Source of the DNA: Heterodontus francisci
Lineage: Eukaryota
Assembly (NCBI RefSeq): GCF_036365525.1
Contig: NW_027141721.1
Coordinates: 124,001 to 188,000, forward strand
Direction: 5' to 3'
Length of the DNA: 64,000 bases
Shown here: one piece after another, positions 23,900 through 33,596 of the stretch
Numbering within the stretch: the stretch's first letter is position 1
Layout of the letters: the number at the start of each line of letters is the position of its first letter
The notes under the pieces: model-generated
The model's database searches: none
What the model saw: only the letters and a program-made list of their open reading frames with translations
What the model was told of the DNA's origin: nothing
Position numbers and translations under genes: made by a program

Positions 23900-24800
23900 T
23901 GAGATCTTGGGCTTCATAAATAGAGGCACTGCCTACAAAATATGGGAAGTTATGCTGAATCTTTATAAAGCTCTAGTTAGGCCACAACTGGACAATTGCA
24001 TCCAGTTCTGCTCACCACACTTTAGGAAGGAGGTGAGTTTCCTTGAGAGGGTGTAGAGGAGATTTACCACAATGGTTTCGGGGATAGGGGATTTTAATTA
24101 CAAGGTTAGGTTGGAAAACCTGGAGAAAATGAGATTGAGTGGAGACCTGATAGAGGTGTACAAGATTGTGACAGGTTTAGATGAGGATCACAAAGGAAAG
24201 CTGCTCCTCACCCAGGAGTCAGTTCCCCAGCTCCACTGTCTAGTCCCACAGTGTTGGTGTTCCTGCTCCTCGCTCCAGCTGCAGGGAATTTACAGCACAG
24301 AAACAGAGCATTCGGCCAGACACGTCCATGCAGGCCTTTTTGATCCACACGAACGTCGTTCCACGCCCTCTTCATCTCGCCCCCAGCCGCATCTCCTTCT
24401 GTTCCTCTCTCCCTCATGTCCTATGCAGCACCCCCCCCCCCGACCCCCCCGACCCCCGCCACCCCCAGCTTAAATACATCTTGCCTATTCCCCTCAGCCT
24501 GTGGTAATGAGTTCCACATTCTCCTCACTCTCTGGGTGAAGATGTTTCTCCCGAATTCCCAATTGGATTTATTGGTGACTGTCTTATATTGATGACCCCT
24601 CCCCCTTTTTCTGGACTCGCCCGCAAATGGAAAAAATCTTCTCTACATTTATCTGATCAAAACCCCTTTCATAATCTTAAAGAGCTCTATCAGGTCACTC
24701 CTCAGCCTTCTCTTTTCTGGAGAAAAGAGCCCCAGTCTGTTCAGTCTTTTCCTGATCATTATCACCTCTCAGTTCTGATATCATCCTTGAACATCTTTCT
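23900..24800. mobile_element. CR1 fragments (sense about 23900-24200, antisense about 24290-24800)
   Basis: RLSGDLIEVYKIV; antisense CR1 3' region. Confidence 0.75.
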
Positions 24801-24895
24801 GTGTCTTCATGTGGAAGACATGTTCACACTGCAACAGATAAACCGAACAGGATACAGAGCTGCAGGCTTTTATCTGAAACAGGTGTTTCTGTTGG

Positions 24896-24934
24896 TGTTT
24901 TTGTTGAACTGCTCCGTCTCTCTGAGTCACTGTG
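24896..24934 (-). other. Recombination signal sequence, 23-bp spacer
   Basis: Minus strand CACAGTG (24934-24928), 23 nt, ACAAAAACA (24904-24896), directly after CAWS codons. Confidence 0.92.
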
Positions 24935-25427
24935 CTGACTCCAGGCACAGAAATACAGGGCCGAGTGATTCTCCCGCAGGCTGGTGGTCTCCAGGTTGAA
25001 CTGGGAACCAGTCGGTCGTTTGGCATTGAAACCCTCCACCATCCCCTCTGAGTTCACACCTGGTGTAGCTGCAGAGTAAAACATCAGCCGCGGCTCCTTC
25101 CCCGGGTCCTGTCTGTACTAGAACATGTAACCGCTACTCTCACCCTCCACATGGCACTCCAGTCCCACTCCCTCCCCAGGAAATCTGGAGACGGCGGTGT
25201 GAGTCTGGTGGACCCTCGCCGAGATCGCGCCTGCGGGAAGAGACCGGGAGAGAAGAAGGTCAGTGAACAGGGACAAACTGGGATGTGAAGAATGAAGGAA
25301 GGAGAGAAAGATACAGAGAAAGAAAATAAGAAAGAGAGCTGTTAACACAAACAATGGGTGTGTGGGGTGGTGGTGAGAATGATCCCTTACTTTGAAATCA
25401 GACCATGAGACTCAATAACAGATACAT
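24935..25427 (-). pseudogene. T-cell receptor V segment pseudogene, TCRbeta-like (leader 25427-25391, V exon 25230-24935)
   Basis: Leader MYLLLSLMV*FQ|gtaag. V exon GAISARVHQTHTAVSRFPGEGVGLECHVEGESSGYMF*YRQDPGKEPRLMFYS...FNAKRPTGSQFNLETTSLRENHSALYFCAWS. Trp41 is TAG; second stop in leader; 23-RSS. Confidence 0.9.
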
Positions 25428-25504
25428 CTTCCACTGGAAGCTGATCCTGCAATTGGGAAATCAGTGGAAAGAAGAGAGTTGAGTCCTGTGAGAAGCCACA
25501 TGAA

Positions 25505-26310
25505 GACTCAAGCAAGTGATTGAGGTTTGTCCAACACCTCCCTCCCTGATGGGGATCCCACACCCCTCTCTCTACCATTGGCTGCCAGTAGTTGTCGTTG
25601 CATTTGTTGGTATCGCTCTGCTGCTAAAGTTGTTGTTGTTTTTGTTGTTGTATTTGCTGGTGTTTTTCTCCGACTGAGGTTGTTGAATTTGTTGGTGCTT
25701 GAATCTCCTGCTGATCTGTTGTTGAATTTGTTGGCGTTGTTCTCCTGCTGAGGTAGTTGTTGTGTTTTCCCTGCTGGGGTTTTTGTTGTGTTTTTTGTTT
25801 TCTTCCCTGCTTCAGTTGCTGTTGGAATTTTTTTAATGTTGAGCTTGTTGTTGCATTATTTCGAGGTTTTTTTGCCCCCTGCTGAGGTTATTTTCTCTTT
25901 TTTAATTCATTCATGAGATTTTGGGCGACGCTGGTTGAGGCCAGCATTTATTGGCTATCCTTAATCGCCCTTGAGAAGGTGGTGGTGAGCTGCCTTCTTG
26001 AACCACTAGGTCCATGTGGGGTAGGTACACCCACAGTGCTGTTCGGAAGGGTGTTCCAGGATTTTGACCCACGAAAGTGAAGGAACGGTGATATAGTTCC
26101 AAGTCAGGATGGTGTGTGACTTGGAAGGGAACTTGCAGACGGTGATGTTCCCATGCGTCTGCTGCCCTTGTCCTTCTAGTTGGTAGAGCTCATGTGTTTG
26201 GACGGTGCTGTCAAAGGAACCTTGGTGCGTTACTGCAGTACATCTTGTAGCTGGTACAAACTGCTGCCACTGTGCGTCGGTGGCGGAGGGAGTGAATATT
26301 TAAGGTGGTG
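25505..26310 (+). repeat. Local duplication unit (unique head + TTG satellite + antisense LINE 3' end); second copy 28545-29340
   Basis: Both start GACTCAAGCAAGTGATT(G/C)AGGTTTG and stay collinear. Confidence 0.85.
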
Positions 26311-26319
26311 TTTGTTTAA

Positions 26320-26430
26320 TTAGATTCCCCCAGCTGCTGTGGTGGGATTTGAACTCCTGTGCTCTGGATCATTTGGTCGAGGCCTCTGGATTACTAGTCC
26401 CTGTAAAATAACAGCTGTGCCACCGTACTC
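26320..26430 (-). mobile_element. tRNA-derived SINE head remnant
   Basis: Minus strand GGTGGCACAG...GGACTAGTAATCCAGAGGCC...GAGTTCAAATCCCACC (B box). Confidence 0.65.
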
Positions 26431-26466
26431 CCAGAGACTGGGGTTAGGTGTATTACACAATTCCCA

Positions 26467-26505
26467 AGTTTTTGCCATGTTTCCTTGCATTCTAGTTACA
26501 CTGTG
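26467..26505 (-). other. Recombination signal sequence, 23-bp spacer
   Basis: Minus strand CACAGTG (26505-26499), 23 nt, GCAAAAACT (26475-26467). Confidence 0.85.
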
Positions 26506-26787
26506 TGTATCCTTGTGAGCCCCACAGTAGTAAGTGCTGTTGGCTTGGACCCGGGAGCTTTTCAATGACAGAGTGAAAATGTTTGCCTGAGTCTCGTGCT
26601 GGGTTTCAATCCTTTTCCTGTCGTTCAATGAAGAAAGTACACTCTATCTGATCCATTCCATGCAGTCACCAATCTGCAAGTACCAGTCCAAATAACACTC
26701 AGTCATGTTGCCCTGCCCAATGCTTCTGTGGAACGTGGCTTCCTCCACGGGAACCAGGGTTTTGACCACCGGGGACTGGAGAACCAT
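26506..26787 (-). pseudogene. Antigen-receptor V segment pseudogene (TCRdelta/gamma-like; family uncertain)
   Basis: VLQSPVVKTLVPVEEATFHRSIGQGNMTECYLDWYLQIGDCMEWIR*...QANIFTLSLKSSRVQANSTYYCGAHKD plus RSS. Cys23 lost; in-frame TAG at 26646-26644. Confidence 0.8.
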
Positions 26788-27489
26788 CTAACAAGATTCT
26801 TGACACAGGATCGCAAATCAATGGGGAGAGAACGACAGCGGGTTACAGGGCGGGACAGAGGCAAAAGCAGAAGAGAGGGAATAAGAAGGAGACAAATTAT
26901 TCTTCTCCAGTCACGCTGCTACATTCATACTTATATTTGCTCCACAGGTTAAGCCCAATTATAAATCAGATTTATTACATTGATAAAACTATAAATGCAC
27001 CAAACTCGGAAGGATGAACACAAACCAATTCAGTCTGCATCTGAGAAAAAAGAAAATTGGTAATGTTTAATGATGATACTCTGTCAGAATAATCCTAACT
27101 GCTGTTCACATCAAGGAACAGTAAATTATTTCAATTTGGTTGACGAGGAGATTATGTAAGCGATGCATAAAGTAACTATTACAAACATTAATTTCATCAA
27201 CAATGGGACCAAATGGGGATAGTGGTGTTTCCTGTCTTAAAGCTGGAAAGCAGGAATATGGAAAGCAGATCTCAAACTACTTTGAGATTCTTTTCAGAGG
27301 AGGAGGCTCGTTATAAGCAGTGTGATCAAACCGCCCCTGCTGCTGTGGAAACTGCAGATAGGTCAAATAACCAGTGTCACTGGCGTTGTATTCCTTGCAG
27401 AGCACCATCTGACCACATCATACCAACAAAACCTTAGAGGGGAACAGAGCCGGACAGGGAGAGGCCATCCCGGGGAACCCCACATAGGG

Positions 27490-28070
27490 AGAAATAAAGA
27501 GAGAATGAGAGAGAGAGAACAACTGGGAGGGAGCAAGGGAGAGGTAGAGTGAGGCAAAGACAGAGAGAGAGAGAGACAGACTGATCAACACAGCCACTGA
27601 GAGATGGAATGATTCAGGGAAAATTAGTTGGAAAGAGAGAGAGAGATTGAGAGAACTAGTGACAGATAGAGAGAATGAGGCAATAGGAGGTGCAGAGACA
27701 GACAGGGAGAGACAGAGACAGAGCGACACAGAGACAGTAAATGAGAGGAGATAGGCAGAATTAATTAGAGACAGAGAGACAGAATGAGACTGAGTGCGTG
27801 TGAGAGAGGAATAGAGACAGACAGCAAGAGTAAGAGAGGAAATGAGAGGCGAGAAAGAGAGGGGAAGGAAAGAAGAGAGTGAGATAAAGAGAGAGAATGA
27901 GAATGGGTGCGTGTGTGAGAGACAGAAAAAGCATCAGAGCTGAGAGGAAATGAGAGAAGGAAAGAGAGACAGGGATAAAGAAAGAGAATGAGAGTGAGTG
28001 TGTGTGAGAGAGGAAAGATAACAAGACCAACAGAGACAGAGAAACAGACATGACGAGAGAGAGTAAGGAA
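27490..28070 (+). repeat. GA-rich low-complexity tract
   Basis: (GA)n/(GACA)n. Confidence 0.85.
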
Positions 28071-28270
28071 ACAATTTTACAGAACAATGTAAACGATGTT
28101 TTTTATAATCAATATTGGTGAAGTCTGATGTGTTTCCTGGTGCTTGCTCGCCCACTGCTGTCCCCCTGGAGGAGAAAACCCCCCAAAAATACAAAAACAA
28201 CTGCAGCAGAAAAAAACACTAACAAATTCAACAATAACTTCAACAGTAAAAATAAAAGCACCAATGAAAA

Positions 28271-28544
28271 GGGCGGTACAGTGGCCCAGTTGTTACCACC
28301 GCAGCCTCACAGCTCCAGCGACCCAGGTTCAATTCTGGGTACTGCCTGTGTGGAGTTTGCAAGTTCTTCCTGTGTCTGCGTACTTTCCTCTGGGTGCTCC
28401 GGTTTCCTCCCACATGCCATTATAAATTGCCCGTGGTATAGGTAGGTGGGAGGGAAATACAGGGACAGGTGGGGATGTGGTAGGAATATGGAATGAGTGT
28501 AGGATTAGTATAAATGGGTGGTTGGTGGTCGGCACTGACTTGTC
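28271..28544 (+). mobile_element. V-SINE, 3' truncated
   Basis: Same family as 18878-19237. Confidence 0.85.
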
Positions 28545-28939
28545 GACTCAAGCAAGTGATTCAGGTTTGCACAACGCCTCCCTCCCTGATGGGGAACCCA
28601 CGCCCCTCTCTCTACCATTGGCTGCCAGTAGTTGCTGTTGCAAATGTTGGTATCATTCTGCTGCTGAGGTTGTTGTTGTATTTGCTGGTGTTTTCCTCCG
28701 GCTGAGGTTGTTGAATTTGTTGGTGTTTGAATCTCCTGCTGATCTGTTGTTGAATTTGTTGGCCTTGTTCTCCTGCTGAGGTAGTTGTTGTGTTGGTTGG
28801 TGTTTTCCCTGCTGAGGTTTTTGTTGTACTTGTTGTTTTCTTCCCTGCTTAAATTGTTGTTCAATTCGGTTTTTGCATGCTGAGGTTGTTGTTGTATTTT
28901 TGGTGTTTTTCTTTCCCTGCTGAGGTTATTTTCTCTTTT

Positions 28940-30050
28940 TTAATTCATTCATGGGATTTTGGGCGATGCTGGTTGAGGTCAGCATTTATTGTCCATCCCT
29001 AATTGCCCCTTCAGAAGGTGGTGGTGAGCTGCCTTCTTGAACCACTGCAGTCCATGTAGTGTAGGTACACCCACAGTGCTGTTAGGAAGGGAGTTTCAGG
29101 ATTTTGACCCACAGTTAGTGAAGGAACAGCCGATATAGTTCCAAGTCACGATGGTGTGTGACTTGGAGGAGAACCTGCAAGTGGTGGTGTTCCCATGCAT
29201 CTGCTGCCCTTGTCCTTCGAGGTGGTAGAGGTTGCGGGTTTGGAAGGTGTTGACGGAGGGAGCCTTGGAAATTGCTGCAGTGCATCTTGCAGATGGTACA
29301 CACTGCTGACACTGAGCATCAGTGGTGGAGGGAGTGAATGTTTGTAGATGGGGTGCCAATCAAGCGGGCTGCTTTGTCCTGGACGGTGTCGAGCTTCTTG
29401 AGTGTTGTTGGAGCTGCACCCATCCAGGCAAATGGACAGTATTCCATCACACTCCTGACTTGTGCCTTGTAGATGGTTAACAGGCTTTGGGGAGTCAGGA
29501 GGTGAGTTACTGGCTGCAGGATTCCTAGCCTCTGACCTGCTCTTGTAGCCACAGTATTTATATGGCTACTCCAGTTCAGATTCTGTTCAATGGCAATCCC
29601 CAGGATGTTGATAGTGGGGGATTCAGCGATGGTAATGCCATTGAATGTCAAAGGGAGATGGTTATATTCTCTCTTGTTGTAGATGGTCAATGCGTGGCAC
29701 TTGTGTGGCACGAATGTTACTTGCCACTTATCAGCCCAAGCCTGGATGTTGTCCAGGTCTTGCTACATCTGAACACAGGCTGCTTCAGAATCTGAGCTGT
29801 CACGAATGATGCTGAACATTGTGAAGTCATCAGTGAACATCCCCACTCTGAGCTTATGATTGAAGGGAATTTCATTTATGAAGCAGTTGGAGATGGTGGA
29901 ACAGGACGTACCCGGGGATGGCGATAGCGAGGTCTGTGACATTCTCTGTAAGGCATGATTCCCTGAGTATGACTATGTCAGGTTGTTGCTTGACAGCTCT
30001 CCCAACCTTGGCACAAGGCCCGAAATGTTTGTAAGGAGGACCGTGCAGAT
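28940..30050 (-). mobile_element. LINE (CR1/Crack-like group) ORF2 C-terminus and 3' end, internally deleted
   Basis: NHLPLTFNGITIAESPTINILGI...IYKAQVRSVMEYC...LDTVQDKAARLI; EN piece QQPDIVILRESCL. Confidence 0.85.
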
Positions 30051-30051
30051 T

Positions 30052-30285
30052 CAACATGTTGTTGCATCTGCTGCTGTGTTTCACCTGCTGAAGTTGTCTT
30101 TGTTGCTTTTCTCCTCCTGACGCACTTCTTGAATTCTGTTGGTGTTTTTTTCTCCTCCTGACATTGGTTGGTGAGCTTTTTTTTGCCAACGTTGCTTCTG
30201 AATTTGTTGGTGTTTTCCCTCGCTGAGGCTGTTGTTGCATTTGTTGATGCTTTTCGTGCTGAGGTTTTTGTTGCATTTGTTGTAT
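30052..30285 (+). repeat. TTG-rich satellite
   Basis: Same unit as 22075-22530. Confidence 0.8.
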
Positions 30286-31394
30286 TGCCCAGAGGAGGTT
30301 ACAGAGATAAGGAGGGTTGTTGGGCTGGAGGAGGTTACAGTGATAGGGAGTATTGTAGGGGCTGGAGGAGGTTACAGTGATAGGGAGTATTGTAGGGGCT
30401 GGAGGAAGTGACAGAGAGAGGGAGGGATGTAGGGCTCGAGGAAGTTTCAGAGATAGAGAGCATTGTCGGGGCTGGAGGAGGTTACAGAAATAGGGAAGCT
30501 TGTCGGGGGCTGGAGGGGGTTACAGAGACAGGGATAATTGTCACTGTTCATCGAGTGTACTCAGTGTTAACCCCAGTATCATTCTGGTGAATCTCAGCTG
30601 TATCTGGTCTAAGGCAAACAGCTGCTTGTTGAGGAAGGTGCCCAGACTGTGTGCAATATTCCAGATGTAGTCGAACCAGAGCCTCCTACAACTGTGGCAT
30701 TACCTCCAAACCCTTTGTATTGTAGCTTCTTCCATTAATCACACGTTCCATAATGCATGACTGGATGCACGCATACACCAAACACACACTCCCAACTCTC
30801 TCTCCCCCACCCCCTCTCTCTCCTCAGTTTGTTTGACTATGTTGTTAGTTGTGCATCTTTGTCCTTCAGCTGATCGTATCTGTGCCTCTGATATGAAGAG
30901 TCTATTGTTCTCAGTCCTTGACAAACACAACAGCTTCCTGCTTTGCAAAAGTTGACATTTTCCTAGTTGACACACGGCACAACATTCAAATCTGTTAGTC
31001 CCAGGGAATGCAAATATCAAAGCCGGCTCAGAAGTGTTAATGAGTCCATTGTGGGACTGAATGAATATCTGACAACCTGGCATGGACTCAGGGGCACTGA
31101 CAGAATCAGCAATCCAGAGAGAATGGAAACTGTGGAAACTATCAAGGACTAGGCGTTGGACATGGGCTGGTTGGAACTGAGATGCACATTCAGACACCCC
31201 TTTTCACAGGCAGTGTAACATTGAGTAACAATGTGCTGCAAGGTGATTGTGATTACTGAGGGGACAGTGACATTGTGATTCTGTCACAGGAATATTATCT
31301 GGAGCCCTGGACTGACTGCACTGCCCAATGTGCTAATGATCTAACAGAGAAATGTGGGGACAGACGAATCCTACCCCATCAGAAACAAATCCTA

Positions 31395-32075
31395 GAATAG
31401 TACAACAGAGGGAGGCCATTCGGCCCATCGAAGGTTTGTCATCTCTTTCGAAAATCAACCCAGTTAATCCAACTCCGCTCTCTTTCACCATTTCCCTCAA
31501 TTAATTCCCCTTCAAGTTTTGAGCCAATTCCCTTTTTGAATAATACCATTGAATTTCTACCACCCTATCAGACATTGCCCTCCAAATCCAAACCACTCAT
31601 GATATTAAAAAACATTTATCCTCATGTCACCTCTGGTACCTTTGCCCATCACATTAAAGCTGTGCCCTCTGGTGATCTATCGAATCTCCCCTTAACCTTC
31701 TCTGCTCTAAGGAGAACGTCCCTTTCTAGCCCAGTCTTTTTACTTGACTGAAATTCCTCACCAACTTCACCATCCGAGCAAATCTCTTCTGCACCCTCTC
31801 CAAAGCCTGCAGGTCTTTCCGAAAGTGTGGTGCCCTGAATTGGGCACAATGTTCCAACAGGGACCGAGCTGGTGTTTTGTACAGGTTTGGCATGACTCCG
31901 GGAGTTTTGTACTTGACCTATCTATTTACAAAGCCCAGACTGCAATATGATTTATTAATCGCTTTCTCAACCTACCCTGCCACCTTTAAATATTCCTGCA
32001 CAAGCACCCCCAGGTCTCTCTGTTCTTGCACCACTTCACAAATTGTATTGTTTCATCTCTCCTCATTCTTGCTGT
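31395..32075 (-). mobile_element. Degenerate antisense CR1
   Basis: Starts at CR1 3' tail GAGGCCATTCGGCCCATCG; similar to other antisense CR1 copies here. Confidence 0.75.
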
Positions 32076-32967
32076 CAAAATCAAACATATCAAAGACTAA
32101 TCCCACCCATATCTGGGACAAATTACCTGCTTATTATTATTCAGTCAGTCATGACAATGGTCTGCCAGTAACTCTATAAAGTTTACATACAACACTTTTC
32201 CTTCCATAAAACAACATCCTGGGTGGTTCTTGTATTGAAGTTTATACCTGAAGCCCACTGCTATCTCAATGTTAGCAGGTGAGGAGCAGTCAGTGACTGA
32301 GACATTAACATCTGGTCAGGGACCCCTCACAATATCCCATGTCCTGAATACTCAAACACTCTCTCACTGAGAAATTTATGTCCTCCTCATTCTGGTTTGT
32401 ATGTGTTACTAACGCTGTATCTGTGATATTTCGGAGATGGTATCACTGTCGCTGATGTGAGGATTTCCTTGTTCTCATTCTGTGACTATATTCTGAAAAA
32501 CAGAATCATTTACTTTAACCCCAACGACCTCAGGGAGGAAAATGGATGTCTGATCATTTGTCTCTCTGGAACATCTTGTTTCTCTGCCCCCTCTCATCAT
32601 CCCCCCAATACTGACCCACTACTGATAAGAGAGGCATGTCTCCTGTGAATATTCTCTCCCTAATACTTAGTGTCTATGAAATATCAAATATACACAGCCA
32701 ACTGGCAAATACTAACTTTAATATTCAGAGTCCCAGCCCCAGGCTCCAATCTCCCTACACCCTTCCTGTTGGGTAACTGAAGACAAGTTATGTTGCAACA
32801 ACAAAGCTCCGTGGGTTAGCATGGTCCCAGGAGAAATATTAATTTGGTTTATTATGGCAGCTACTTTAACCAAAAGGCCTTCGTTTGCATAGATTATGTA
32901 ATGTCATTCATCATTACTAAATGTTAATATTTCAGCCAACCAGCACTGCAGTCAATCCGTCGTGGTG

Positions 32968-32974
32968 TATATAG
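32968..32974 (+). promoter_or_regulatory. Candidate TATA box (TATATAG) of copy 2
   Basis: Unique sequence about 125 nt upstream of a strong donor TTG|GTAAGC (33098), which precedes the ATG-bearing exon. Confidence 0.5.
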
Positions 32975-32999
32975 GGGTTGGAGCTGTCACTGAGACTGA

Positions 33000-33097
33000 C
33001 ACTGTTCACAGCAGAGTGGACCCGAGACTGAGGAGCAAGCAGCTGGAACTGAACCCACTGCATCTCCCACCCAGCGACATCTACTTTGGAGACTTTG
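33000..33097 (+). other. Candidate non-coding first exon of copy 2 (start approximate)
   Basis: Lies between TATA and GTAAGC donor; next acceptor ttccctttccag|G at 33548. Confidence 0.5.
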
Positions 33098-33562
33098 GTA
33101 AGCAGTCGGGTATGGGAGGACTGTTAGAAAAAGCAAAGGAGTTTGTCACTTGCTAGGTGTTGACCCAGGGGGAGTGTGTCCTGCTTTTCCTGAAACAACA
33201 TCATCCTCAGTAATAACCTTTGTCAGAAATTCAAAGAGGTTTGTTTCAGGGATGCAGGAGACAGACCTGGAGGAGAGAGTCAGGAACACATGTGGTTTAT
33301 TCATAAAAGCTTTGGAGAGTGGAAAGGGTGAAGGATTGGAGTCAAGTTCCTGATGTTTAACAAGAACATGTAGCTGAGCTCACCTCTGTCTGTAAGAGCC
33401 CCAGTGAGAGAGAGATAATTAGATGGAGCTCACCTCTCTAAAACAGATATACTGACGAACTCCTCGGCAACTCCCTATTTAATATTCCCTCCAATTGCAC
33501 GATTCCTTTAGCTCTCTCAAATGTTTGTCTTGTGTTTCCCTTTCCAGGATCTCACCAGTAAG

Positions 33563-33596
33563 ATGTGGACTCTGCTGATCATTCTGGGTTACCTGA
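33563..33596 (+). CDS. Copy 2 signal-peptide exon (exon starts 33548)
   Basis: AAGATGT context; MWTLLIILGYL a|gtgagt, phase 1 matching exon 35523. Confidence 0.85.

Noticed and set aside
22319-23919. Gln/Asn-rich or hydrophobic ORFs
   Set aside because: Products of the CAA/TTG satellite
27215-27435. Possible fourth V remnant on the minus strand (acceptor near 27434, CKEYNASDTGYLTYLQFPQQ)
   Set aside because: No WY, YYC or RSS recognisable; too degraded to support
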